From Candidatus Magasanikiibacteriota bacterium (GTDB lineage: Bacteria; Patescibacteriota; Patescibacteriia; Magasanikbacterales; GWA2-37-8): a stretch of DNA of 64,000 nucleotides. Within the stretch, counting starts at the first letter, position 1. Every line of letters begins with the position of its first letter. The translations under genes were made by a program, and so were the position numbers. Of this stretch, positions 10,411 to 19,571 are shown in pieces. The stretch spans positions 706,790-770,789 of the forward strand of contig CAWJAS010000001.1 in the NCBI GenBank assembly GCA_963840935.1. The letters are read 5' to 3'. The notes beneath the pieces were generated by a model that did not search any database, had not been told where the DNA came from, and saw only the letters and a list, made by a program, of their open reading frames with translations.

Positions 10411-11604
10411 CTAGTTCTTTATTCTTTGCGACCGCCTTTGTAGTATGAGTTCTTTATAAAATAAATATAACTCATTATCTTGTTCATCTTCACTCCAATT
10501 CATCATTGCGCGAGCCGTAATATCACCATGTTCCTTAAATGAGGATATATCAGACTCTTGTGTCGCACCAACTTCGGCTCCATAATAAATAATGGGTGGC
10601 TGTTTTTGCGCAAACTGTATCTTGGCAGCTTCCTTTAGTTTATTTTTATCCTGGCCTGTTTCAAAAAGAAATCTGTTCATGTCATGATTGTCCAAAAATG
10701 TCGGCAAAAAATAATCAGCTGGATATTTTTTGTAATGACGCTTTAGTTTCCATTGGAGTAGCCAGCGTGGCCGAAAAAACGACGGCTTGGCAATATACTG
10801 TTTCATTAACTTCTGAAATTCAAAATCCAGCACACCATCCAACTCACCAATATACTCCTTTAACAAAGCATCAGAAATTGATCCAGATAACCATTTGATA
10901 ATTTTTCCTTTTATCTGAATTGTTCTTAGGTCAGCAAACTTCACACCGGAAATCCAAGCTTCTCCAATCAGAACCGCTTCGGGATATTCTTTCTTGATTT
11001 CACTTCTAAAAAATTTCCAAAACAAATGCTTTGGGCCGACAACATGATCCAATCTGAAACCGTCTATTCCTTGGCTTAACCAATATTTTGCGGAATTGAC
11101 GATGTGATCTCTTGCCGGCTCAAAATCCAAATTTATTTTAGGCAATTCACGAACTTTTAAAAAACACAGGTATTGATCCGGCCATTTAGTAAAATGAAAC
11201 CAATTTCTATATTGACTATCCTTGTTTTTCTGAGCGTCCAAAAAATACGGATGAAAGCTTGACATGTGGTTTGGCACAAAATCCATTAAAATTTTTATTT
11301 TTCTTCTGTGTGCCTCATCAATTAATTTTTTTAATATCGATAAAGAACCGAAACGGTGATCAACAGCAAAAAAATCGGTAATGTGATAACCGTGATATTC
11401 GCTTGTCACGTTGAACGGACTAAGCCAAATAGTGTTTATGCCGAGGTCTTTCAAATAATCAAGGCGCTCAATAACACCGGTGAGATTCCCGCCACAAAAA
11501 GACGGAGCCTTGCAATTTAACGGTTTCTCGTCTTCAAGTTTGCCTCTGGAGAACCGGTCAATAAAAATTTGATAAATAATTGCGTCTTGGAACCAGGAAG
11601 TCAT
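10411..11604 (-). CDS. GH13 alpha-amylase family (neopullulanase/cyclomaltodextrinase-like)
   Basis: IYQIFIDRF, GGNLTGVIERLDYLKDLG, DFVPNH, GIDGFRLD, GEAW, FLDNHD. Confidence 0.92.
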   Translation of the reverse strand: MTSWFQDAIIYQIFIDRFSRGKLEDEKPLNCKAPSFCGGNLTGVIERLDYLKDLGINTIWLSPFNVTSEYHGYHITDFFAVDHRFGSLSILKKLIDEAHRRKIKILMDFVPNHMSSFHPYFLDAQKNKDSQYRNWFHFTKWPDQYLCFLKVRELPKINLDFEPARDHIVNSAKYWLSQGIDGFRLDHVVGPKHLFWKFFRSEIKKEYPEAVLIGEAWISGVKFADLRTIQIKGKIIKWLSGSISDALLKEYIGELDGVLDFEFQKLMKQYIAKPSFFRPRWLLQWKLKRHYKKYPADYFLPTFLDNHDMNRFLFETGQDKNKLKEAAKIQFAQKQPPIIYYGAEVGATQESDISSFKEHGDITARAMMNWSEDEQDNELYLFYKELILQRRSQRIKN

Positions 11605-11607
11605 ATT

Positions 11608-11670
11608 TGTACGCCAAGGGATTCGTCACGGGATGAACCCGTGACGCCCTGAGTTTATCTCAGGGCGAAC
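11608..11670. repeat. Partial copy of the tRNA-Val 3' end followed by two small hairpins
   Basis: tgtacgccaagggattcg (11608-11625) matches tgcacgccaagggattcg (11709-11726) at 17/18; hairpins gtcacggg/cccgtgac and gccctgag/ctcagggc. Confidence 0.7.
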
Positions 11671-11708
11671 AAAAAAAATAAAGAATTATATTAAACACAG
11701 TATATATG

Positions 11709-11782
11709 TGCACGCCAAGGGATTCGAACCCCTGACCCCCTCGGTGTAAACGAGGTGCTCTAACCAACTGAGCTAGGCGTGC
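11709..11782 (-). tRNA. tRNA-Val(TAC)
   Basis: Cloverleaf GCACGCC..GGCGTGC-A; anticodon arm CCTCG-TT-TAC-AC-CGAGG; TTCGAAT T-loop; CCA not encoded. Confidence 0.95.
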
Positions 11783-11856
11783 AATTCCGCCGAATCTTAA
11801 TATAAATATAGTATAAAGTCAATAGTATATACCCGATTCACTCCATTAATTTTTCT

Positions 11857-12861
11857 TTATTTCTTCTTCAAAGTTTTTACATAATCCGCGAAATCAGAAA
11901 TGTCTTTTTTCTGTTCCATCCAATACCACCACTCCGCTCCCCACAAATAAGCGCGGGAAAACCCAACTTTTTGCGCGTAATCAATATTTTTTTCAAATCT
12001 CTTTATATTCATTGATTTGTATTGTTCGGTCAAATCGACTTTTGCCACATCATTATTACTGACCCATGGCTCGGCCTGCAATTCAGAAATATAAGCATTT
12101 TCCGATTTTTGCCCGGTCAACCAAAGTTTGGAGCGATAAAAAAGCGGAGTCAGCCAATCATACGAAAAATATCCGATGGTTTTATTCCAAACGACTCGAT
12201 ACATGGTTGTGCCGAATAAATCGCCGGCCCTCGCGGTATTGCGCCAAGAAGCCAATTCCCCGCTGTCAGTGACCATCACCGGCCTTTCCGAGTCAAAAGA
12301 ACGGACAACATTTATTTCGGAAATCAACATCTCCAAATCAAAATAACGACACTCGCCATATTTTAAAAGTGGTTCATTTTCAATCTGCCAAATTTCTATG
12401 GCCGGATGGTCCACATATTGTTCAACCGTTGCTTTGACAAATCTTTTTACCGCCGCCTGATACTCTGTGTCGGATAATTTTTCCGCCCAATTTGGGGCAT
12501 GGCATTCGGGCCAACGAGGAGTTTTTTGCCCCACCGCCAAAACGACTTTCGCGCCATATTGACCGGCCAAATCCATAAGCTTATTAAGCTCGGCAAAATT
12601 ATATACGCCAGGGAGTTTTTCAATTTCATCCCACTGAGCCGACAAACGAATATAATGAAACCCCCAATCGTTTAAAATTGTATTTAAAACCGCGGTTGGC
12701 TCAAAACCAAGTTGCTTGGCATATGTCGCATTAAAACTAACGCCATAAACTTGTTCGCTGTTTTTGGTGGCTACGGCATAAAGTCGCACCAAGCCCCAAA
12801 TAATTAATATCGCCAAAATTATTATTAATATTTTCATAATTTTTTTGAATGTATTTGACAT
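11857..12861 (-). CDS. Membrane-anchored clan GH-A glycoside hydrolase (GH42/GH5-like)
   Basis: N-terminal TM helix; IRLSAQWDEIE, WQIENEP (acid/base), ISELQAEPW (nucleophile). Confidence 0.75.
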   Translation of the reverse strand: MSNTFKKIMKILIIILAILIIWGLVRLYAVATKNSEQVYGVSFNATYAKQLGFEPTAVLNTILNDWGFHYIRLSAQWDEIEKLPGVYNFAELNKLMDLAGQYGAKVVLAVGQKTPRWPECHAPNWAEKLSDTEYQAAVKRFVKATVEQYVDHPAIEIWQIENEPLLKYGECRYFDLEMLISEINVVRSFDSERPVMVTDSGELASWRNTARAGDLFGTTMYRVVWNKTIGYFSYDWLTPLFYRSKLWLTGQKSENAYISELQAEPWVSNNDVAKVDLTEQYKSMNIKRFEKNIDYAQKVGFSRAYLWGAEWWYWMEQKKDISDFADYVKTLKKK

Positions 12862-12863
12862 AT

Positions 12864-13793
12864 CTAGACCAATAACGCCAAACCGACGGCAATAATTAAA
12901 ATCGCGATTGACTGAAACACAACCTCGCGAGGAGTAATTTTTTCTCGAAATAATTTAGGAGCGTATTTTGTTAAATAAAAAACCGCCAAAATTAACACAG
13001 CATACTGAAAACCAGCGATAGCATTTACAATCGTAACATCCCCCAAAGCAATGGCCCACTGAATCAAAAATACCCCAACAAGCGCCCCCAAGCGATTAAT
13101 AAGAATTACCAAGTGACCGGTATTGGCTTTTTCCGGCTTATTCGAACGACCAAAAAAAATATGAAATATTTTTTTAATACCGACTAATAATTCTTGTCTT
13201 ATCGGGGTCGAAAATAAAAGAAACAGTCCAAAAATCGCGATTGCTCCTCTGGTCCAAACAAGCCCGCTAAAAAATCCATAACCATCATAAATATATTTGG
13301 CCGAGACGTGAGAAACGGCAAAAAGAAAACCGGAAAGAACTCCCCAAGCAATCCCCAAATGCCATCCATTGTTTTTTTCGCTTTTTTCTCTTGCGATCAA
13401 AAGCAATCCGCCGACTAAACAAGCAATGGCAATAAGTGTTTTTTGACTGAACGAATTACCCAAAAAATAAATACTCAAAAATAAAACAAAAACGGGCGTA
13501 ATCGCGCCGACCAAAGGACCGGCATGCGAAACCTCGCTTTTTTGAAAACAAATAAACATAGCCCACAAACCCAAAAAAAATGTCAAACCGGACAAAATGG
13601 CAATAAACCAGTCAAGCATGCCGTTTAAAAAAACAACACCAAAAGGAATAAGTAAAAAAATCGGCAATAATATGGCGGTCGAATAAAAAACAAAAGTTGC
13701 CGAATTATTTATTTTATTTTCTAAAATAAATTTATCCAAAATATTCACCGCCGCCAAAATAAAATATCCAATCAAAGCGATTACAAGCCACAT
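12864..13793 (-). CDS. EamA/DMT family transporter
   Basis: About 10 TM helices in two repeats. Confidence 0.8.
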   Translation of the reverse strand: MWLVIALIGYFILAAVNILDKFILENKINNSATFVFYSTAILLPIFLLIPFGVVFLNGMLDWFIAILSGLTFFLGLWAMFICFQKSEVSHAGPLVGAITPVFVLFLSIYFLGNSFSQKTLIAIACLVGGLLLIAREKSEKNNGWHLGIAWGVLSGFLFAVSHVSAKYIYDGYGFFSGLVWTRGAIAIFGLFLLFSTPIRQELLVGIKKIFHIFFGRSNKPEKANTGHLVILINRLGALVGVFLIQWAIALGDVTIVNAIAGFQYAVLILAVFYLTKYAPKLFREKITPREVVFQSIAILIIAVGLALLV

Positions 13794-13796
13794 ATG

Positions 13797-14639
13797 TTAT
13801 TCTTTATTAATTTTTTCGGCGCAAAAAACCGCGTTCCGCATTAAACAAGCCACGGTTACAATCCCAACACCGCCCGGGGTGGGCGTAATTTGTATGCCCT
13901 GTTTTTTAAAAAGCGCGCGATCGGCATCCCCGACGGATTTTTTACCTGAAAAAGAAAAACCGGCGTCAATAATTACCGTTCCTTTTTTAACCATATTTGT
14001 TTTTATCAACCCGGCGTGACCGACGGCAGAAATAATAATATCCGCGCTTTTGCATAAACCGGCCAAATCTTTAGTTGTGCTATTCGCGACAATCACAGTG
14101 GCGTGTCTTTCCATTAATTCCAAGGCGAGCGGACGCCCGACCAAAAGTCCGGCTCCGATAACCAACGCTTTTTTTCCTTTTAAATTAATTTTTTTATCGT
14201 CTATAATTTCCAAAATAGCGTCAACAGTCGGCGGAATAATTTTTGCTCTCTTCATCACTACCCTGCCCAAATTAATATCAGACAAACAATCGATGTCTTT
14301 ATCTGGCAATAAGCAAGACAATATTTTATTTGCGTCAATTTTTTTTGGCAAAGGCAATTGAATAATTATTCCGGATACGGCGGGATTACTTTGAGTATGC
14401 AAAATTAAACTTGATAATTTATTCTCGGAAGTCGTTGCCGACAACTTAATAATTTCAAAATTAAATCCCAATTTTTTGGCCATTTTTTCTTTTTGATTAA
14501 TATAAACAATTGATTGTGGAGAATCACCAACCAAAAAAACGGTTATTTTTGGATGATAACCTTTTTTTATTAGCCGAGAGACTCTTAACTCGGTGTTTTT
14601 ATTTATTTTTTGGGAAATTTTTTGGCAATCAATAAACAT
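13797..14639 (-). CDS. folD: Methylenetetrahydrofolate dehydrogenase/cyclohydrolase
   Basis: GIIIQLPLP, KDIDCL, VGRPLA, TPTPGGVG. Confidence 0.95.
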   Translation of the reverse strand: MFIDCQKISQKINKNTELRVSRLIKKGYHPKITVFLVGDSPQSIVYINQKEKMAKKLGFNFEIIKLSATTSENKLSSLILHTQSNPAVSGIIIQLPLPKKIDANKILSCLLPDKDIDCLSDINLGRVVMKRAKIIPPTVDAILEIIDDKKINLKGKKALVIGAGLLVGRPLALELMERHATVIVANSTTKDLAGLCKSADIIISAVGHAGLIKTNMVKKGTVIIDAGFSFSGKKSVGDADRALFKKQGIQITPTPGGVGIVTVACLMRNAVFCAEKINKE

Positions 14640-14732
14640 GGCGATTGAAAAATCTTGATAATTATACCATAATTTGGCTTTGCGAGCAAATTTTATGACT
14701 GTTTTTTGCCTTAAATTAGCTTAATTTTTGTA

Positions 14733-14761
14733 TTGACAAAAGCGCTAATTTGTGCTATAAT
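14733..14761 (+). promoter_or_regulatory. Consensus sigma70 promoter
   Basis: TTGACA (14733-14738), 17 bp, TATAAT (14756-14761) with extended TG. Confidence 0.8.
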
Positions 14762-14782
14762 ATATAGTTATATTAAAAAAAT

Positions 14783-15937
14783 ATGAAAATAGTCATGTTG
14801 GGCCACAAAGGAATACCGGCAATTTATGGCGGAATTGAACGCCATGTTGAAGAATTGTCAGCAGAACTCGTCAAACAAGGACACGAGGTTTTTGCTTATT
14901 CCAGACGCTGGTATTCGCCAAATAATTTATCTGAACATCGTGGAATTAAAATTATTTATACTCCGACTATCAAAACAAAACATTTGGACGCTATTGTTCA
15001 TACTTTTACCGCCACATTAAAGGCCATGGCGCAAAAACCGGATATTATTCATTATCACGGGGTCGGCCCGTCACTTTTGGCTTGGATCCCAAGAATTTTT
15101 GCTCCAAAAATCAAAGTGGTTTGCACTTTCCATTGTATCGACCGCTACCACCAAAAATGGGGGGTTATCGCCCGCCTGATGCTTTGGCTTGGCGAAAAAG
15201 CGGCCTGCAAATTTCCGCATGAAACAATTGCCGTATCAAAAACAATTCAAAATTATTGTTTGAATGAATACCGAACCAATACTTCTTATAATCCAAATGG
15301 TGTTTCCATTGAAGACGGTTCAAAAATTGAACATTTGTCAAAATGGAATTTGGAACCGAATAAATATTTGGTTATGGTTTCACGCTTGGTCAAACACAAA
15401 GGGGCGCACTATTTAATTGAAGCGTGGAAAAAGGCACGAAGCGAAGAACCTGCTTTGAAAGATTTAAAATTGGTGATTGTGGGCGGAAGCTCATTCACCG
15501 ATGATTATGTTCGCACACTAAAAAAATTAAGTGAAGGTGAAAATTCAATCATATTTACCGACTGGCAAAATGGTGAACCGCTTAACGCGCTTTACGCCAA
15601 CACCCTGATGCTTGTTCATCCGTCAGAAAACGAAGGATTGCCCATCACGGTACTACAAGCAATGGCTTATGGACGCCCGGCTTTGGTGTCGGATATTCCT
15701 GAACACCAAGAAGTTATTACCGACGGCAAATTTTGGTCGGCCAATGCTTCAACTTTTTCTTTGTCCAAAAAAATAATTGAATTGGTGAAAAATCCGGCAT
15801 TACTTGAAGAAGCTGGCAAAACTAATTTGGAAACTGTGATGAATTATTTTCAGTGGACAGATATCGCCAAAAAAACCGCCGACTTATATAGCTTGCCAAT
15901 TACCGAGCGAGCACATAAAAAATTAAGAACCGCATAA
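14783..15937 (+). CDS. Glycosyltransferase family 4
   Basis: GIPAIYGGIERHVEEL; VSRLVKHKG; PSENEGLPITVLQAMAYG. Confidence 0.92.
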   Translation: MKIVMLGHKGIPAIYGGIERHVEELSAELVKQGHEVFAYSRRWYSPNNLSEHRGIKIIYTPTIKTKHLDAIVHTFTATLKAMAQKPDIIHYHGVGPSLLAWIPRIFAPKIKVVCTFHCIDRYHQKWGVIARLMLWLGEKAACKFPHETIAVSKTIQNYCLNEYRTNTSYNPNGVSIEDGSKIEHLSKWNLEPNKYLVMVSRLVKHKGAHYLIEAWKKARSEEPALKDLKLVIVGGSSFTDDYVRTLKKLSEGENSIIFTDWQNGEPLNALYANTLMLVHPSENEGLPITVLQAMAYGRPALVSDIPEHQEVITDGKFWSANASTFSLSKKIIELVKNPALLEEAGKTNLETVMNYFQWTDIAKKTADLYSLPITERAHKKLRTA

Positions 15938-15960
15938 ATAATTAAAAAAATCCACTGGTT

Positions 15961-16695
15961 CTAACCGGTGGGTTTTTTTATTGTCATAATCTGCGCTTCG
16001 CCGTTTTTTATTTTTTGGCCCGCGCGATTGAAGTATTCTATTTTAATATTTTTGAACCCGGCATTTCTTGCCAGCGCGCGCAATTCCGAATCGGAAAATA
16101 TATGAATATATCGCGGGTAATCTTTTTTGCCCGTCGCTTTCCAGCCCACATAAACATCGCCCGCGTCATGGCCGGGTTTAATATTTTTTAATTGTTTTTC
16201 AATATTAAATTTATTTCTCGCCCAATCTTCAAGCAAATTCCAATTATCTATTTTTGCTGTTGCTCCATTTTTTAGCACGCGAAAAAGCTCATTCATAAAT
16301 TTTTGCCGTAGCTCATCTGACGGAATATGATGCATCACTGAAATGGAAATCGCAAAATCAAAATAATTATTTTTAAAAGGCAATTTCATGGCATCGGCCA
16401 CCACGAATTCAGCTTGTTTTGTTTTTATGTATGACGCGTATTTTTTTTTGCATAATTCGATTAATTTTTTTGAAATATCGACGCCGGTATAATAACCCCC
16501 TTGATTCATAATAGCGTTCGCCATAAGACCATTGCCACAGCCCAAATCAAGCGTTTTCATTTCGGTTTTTACGCCTTTAATCATTCGCATTTTTATTCCA
16601 CTCGGCTCAAAACGCGAAACATCCCATTCCTTGGCGATGGTATTGTAAATTCGGCTCATTTGCCGTACAATTGCTAATGCTTTACGTTTTTGCAT
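15961..16695 (-). CDS. Class I SAM methyltransferase, Trm9/ALKBH8-like
   Basis: YNTIAKEWDVSR; LDLGCGNG; DFAISISVMHHIPS..ELFRVLK; RYIHIFSDSEL. Confidence 0.75.
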   Translation of the reverse strand: MQKRKALAIVRQMSRIYNTIAKEWDVSRFEPSGIKMRMIKGVKTEMKTLDLGCGNGLMANAIMNQGGYYTGVDISKKLIELCKKKYASYIKTKQAEFVVADAMKLPFKNNYFDFAISISVMHHIPSDELRQKFMNELFRVLKNGATAKIDNWNLLEDWARNKFNIEKQLKNIKPGHDAGDVYVGWKATGKKDYPRYIHIFSDSELRALARNAGFKNIKIEYFNRAGQKIKNGEAQIMTIKKPTG

Positions 16696-18510
16696 ATGGC
16701 TTTACTCCACGAAAAAATTATTAAAAAATTGCTTAGAAAAGTCCCCAAAACAGAGGATGATTTTGGCGCTGTTTTGCGTTCCGAATCCCGCGCTGTCAAA
16801 GGCAATCAAGGCACCCCGCGAAAATCGGATTTGCTTCGAGTATATCACGAACTTATTCAGGCGGGCAAGATAAAAAAATCTTCCGCTTTGGAATCTATAT
16901 TAATCAAGCGCGCGGTCAGAACATTGTCCGGCGTGGCGATTATTACGGTTTTAACAAAACCAAATGAGTGCCCGGGAAAGTGCATTTATTGCCCGAATGA
17001 AAAACAAATGCCAAAAAGCTATTTGAGCGATGAGCCGGCGGCGGCCAGAGCATTACTTTTAAATTTTGATCCATTTAAACAAGTAACTGCTCGAATTGAA
17101 GCGCTAAAAAATAACGGTCATCCGACCGATAAAATTGAACTAATTGTTAAAGGGGGCACTTGGAATGCTTATCCCCTGTCTTATCAATATTGGTTTATAT
17201 TGCGATGTTTTGAAGCGGCTAACTCATCATTGTCATTGCGAGCCCCGAAGGGGCGTGGCAATCCCCTGATAATTCAGGAAGCCGTGGGATTGCTTCGTCG
17301 CTCCACGGTCGCTCCTCGCAATGACAAAGTTACGTCTCTTCGCGCCGCTCTTCAAACAGCGCAGAAAAAAAACGAAAAAGCCAAGCACAGAATAATCGGC
17401 TTGACTTTGGAAACCAGACCGGATCACATCAATAAAAAAAATATTATTATAATGCGCGAACTTGGATGCACCAGAATTGAACTTGGCGTCCAAACGACTG
17501 ATGAAAAAATCTTGAAGCTGGTTAGGCGCGGGCACGGAACAGATGAAATAATCCAAGCCACGGAATTATTAAAAAATTACGGTTTTAAAGTTGATTATCA
17601 TTTGATGCCACAACTTCCCGGCTCGACTCCGGCCAAAGACGCGCGTATGCTTGAAGAAATTTTTGACAACCCGAACTACCGACCGGACATGATAAAAATT
17701 TACCCCTGCACGGTCACAAAAAATTCTCCACTTTATCTTTGGGTTAAATCAGGCAAATACAAACCATACACAGACAAAAAATTGATTGAACTTTTGATTA
17801 GTTTCAAAACCAAAATCCCCCGTTATGTCCGCATCTCTCGGCTTATCCGCGATATTCCGGGGCATCATATTGTTGCCGGAAACAAAATGACAAATTTGCG
17901 ACAAGTAATTCAAGCGGAAATGGCGCGTCGCGGACTCAAATGCAATTGCTTGCGTTGCCGTGAAGTCGGACATGCCAACCTCCCTCTCCTTGCCAAGGAG
18001 AGGGCTGGGGTGAGGTCCTCCTTTGAACCAAAACTATTTATTGATAAATATAAAGCTTCCGGCGGTACAGAATACTTTCTAAGCTTTGAAGACACAAAAC
18101 GAAAAATGGTGTTCGCTTTTTGCCGATTAAGAATATGTACGTCTGTCATCCTGAACGCAGTGAAGGATCTTGTTCCTCTTGTCATTCCCGCGTCCCGAAG
18201 GTATCCCTTTGGGAAAGGTGGAATCCAGTCACCGTTAGATCCCCGTTTACACGGGGATGACAACAAAATGGCATTTATTCGCGAGCTCCACACCTACGGA
18301 CAATCCTTATTATTAAAGCAAAAAAACAACAAGGCATTAAAACACATCCAGCACAAAGGGCTCGGCAAGAAACTTGTTAAAGAGGTTGAAAAAATCTGCA
18401 AAAAGAATAGAATAAATAAGCTGGCGGTAATATCGGGCGTTGGCGTGCGCGATTATTATCGCAAACTTGGATATAAATTAGAAAATACTTATTTGATTAA
18501 AAAAATTTAA
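16696..18510 (+). CDS. elp3: Elp3-type radical SAM/KAT tRNA uridine(34) carboxymethylase with in-frame palindromic insertions
   Basis: VRTLSGVAII, CPGKCIYCP, KIELIVKGGT, LETRPD, RIELGVQ, KIYPC, CRE, FIRELHTYG, QHKGLG, ISGVGVRDYYRKLGY. Confidence 0.93.
   Translation: MALLHEKIIKKLLRKVPKTEDDFGAVLRSESRAVKGNQGTPRKSDLLRVYHELIQAGKIKKSSALESILIKRAVRTLSGVAIITVLTKPNECPGKCIYCPNEKQMPKSYLSDEPAAARALLLNFDPFKQVTARIEALKNNGHPTDKIELIVKGGTWNAYPLSYQYWFILRCFEAANSSLSLRAPKGRGNPLIIQEAVGLLRRSTVAPRNDKVTSLRAALQTAQKKNEKAKHRIIGLTLETRPDHINKKNIIIMRELGCTRIELGVQTTDEKILKLVRRGHGTDEIIQATELLKNYGFKVDYHLMPQLPGSTPAKDARMLEEIFDNPNYRPDMIKIYPCTVTKNSPLYLWVKSGKYKPYTDKKLIELLISFKTKIPRYVRISRLIRDIPGHHIVAGNKMTNLRQVIQAEMARRGLKCNCLRCREVGHANLPLLAKERAGVRSSFEPKLFIDKYKASGGTEYFLSFEDTKRKMVFAFCRLRICTSVILNAVKDLVPLVIPASRRYPFGKGGIQSPLDPRLHGDDNKMAFIRELHTYGQSLLLKQKNNKALKHIQHKGLGKKLVKEVEKICKKNRINKLAVISGVGVRDYYRKLGYKLENTYLIKKI
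17230..17327. repeat. RPE/REP-like palindromic element inserted in frame in elp3
   Basis: TTGTCATTGCGAG...GCAATCCC...GGGATTGC...CTCGCAATGACAA nested inverted repeats. Confidence 0.75.
18145..18263. repeat. Tandem REP/RPE-like palindromic elements inserted in frame in elp3
   Basis: GTCATCCTGAACGCAGTGAAGGATCT, then TTGTCATTCCCGCG...GGAATCCAG...ATCCCCGTTTACACGGGGATGACAA. Confidence 0.7.
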
Positions 18511-18511
18511 T

Positions 18512-19501
18512 ATGCCCGAACACCATCCCTCACCCGAAGCCCGTGACGCCTCCTCCTTTGAATACTGGCTTGATAATGAGGTAAAAAGACAATATATAGA
18601 GCAAGTGACCGCTCTTAACGAGATTGGTCTTTTGGATATCTTGCCCGAAGCCGAAGCCAAGGGCGTGGTTGGTATTGACGGCAAGGAATACCCGGTCCCA
18701 AGCTGGGCGGAGATTAAGGCCGAATTAGAGAAAGACAAAGAAAAATATGATACCAAAAGAAAACAAGGTTTCACCGAACTACAGCTCACCTCTTTTGCTG
18801 TCCCGCTTGAACGATTAACCCACACTTTAGAGAAACAAATCCTCGAACACCACAAACAAGGCAAACTCCTGGCTACTAAGGACAAAGACACTGACCCGGA
18901 TGAACCATTGGAATTAGACACCAACCAACCCCTCTATACATGGGACGGTTGGCTCGACCCGAACGCCCCACAGGGCGAAAGAGGAGCCGATGTCACTGGC
19001 AAGTGCGTTTACTACCCCGAATCCTTTGATAAAAAAAACCACAACGGCCAGACCAAACAACAAATACTCGACAAACAAAACAAGAATAACTCTCCCTTCC
19101 CCGGCTGGAATGTCATCCTCCTGGAAGCCAGCCCGAATATACCGAGAGAGGGCAAAGGCAAAACCCTGAACAACAGAAAACAGTTGGAAGCAGGCAAAGA
19201 ACCACAGCAATATCTCAAAACCCTACAAACCGACCCAACCTACCGGCATGAACAAGGCCTGACTATCGAGGACTGGACAACCCAAATGCTTACTCACCTG
19301 CACAAAACCAACCAGGTGATTGATGATTACCAAGGCAAAGGCAGTATCTGCTATTGTGCCGGCATCTTTAATCCCGCTTTCGGCGACCTGGGCCGCGCCT
19401 GCTGGCGCCGCGACTACCGCCAGGCCTACTTGATCTGGTACGTTCCTGGCTCTCGGTACGACTTCGACGGTCTCCGCTCCGCGGTGGGGATTGGTCCTTG
19501 A
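18512..19501 (+). CDS. DGR target protein 1 (predicted C-terminal CLec-like variable domain)
   Basis: 3' end carries VR1; ends GLRSAVG; near-identical paralog at 24435-25424. Confidence 0.9.
   Translation: MPEHHPSPEARDASSFEYWLDNEVKRQYIEQVTALNEIGLLDILPEAEAKGVVGIDGKEYPVPSWAEIKAELEKDKEKYDTKRKQGFTELQLTSFAVPLERLTHTLEKQILEHHKQGKLLATKDKDTDPDEPLELDTNQPLYTWDGWLDPNAPQGERGADVTGKCVYYPESFDKKNHNGQTKQQILDKQNKNNSPFPGWNVILLEASPNIPREGKGKTLNNRKQLEAGKEPQQYLKTLQTDPTYRHEQGLTIEDWTTQMLTHLHKTNQVIDDYQGKGSICYCAGIFNPAFGDLGRACWRRDYRQAYLIWYVPGSRYDFDGLRSAVGIGP
19376..19489 (+). repeat. DGR variable region VR1
   Basis: 114-bp ungapped match to TR; all 19 mismatches are at TR adenines. Confidence 0.95.
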
Positions 19502-19524
19502 TCTTTGGTTTTTAATTCGTATTA

Positions 19525-19557
19525 TAAAACCCGCCAGCATGAGGCTGGCGGGTTTTA
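19525..19557. terminator. 14-bp hairpin downstream of VR1 (bidirectional terminator and/or DGR homing hairpin)
   Basis: TAAAACCCGCCAGC-atgag-GCTGGCGGGTTTTA. Confidence 0.75.
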
Positions 19558-19571
19558 ATTTATTCTAATTT

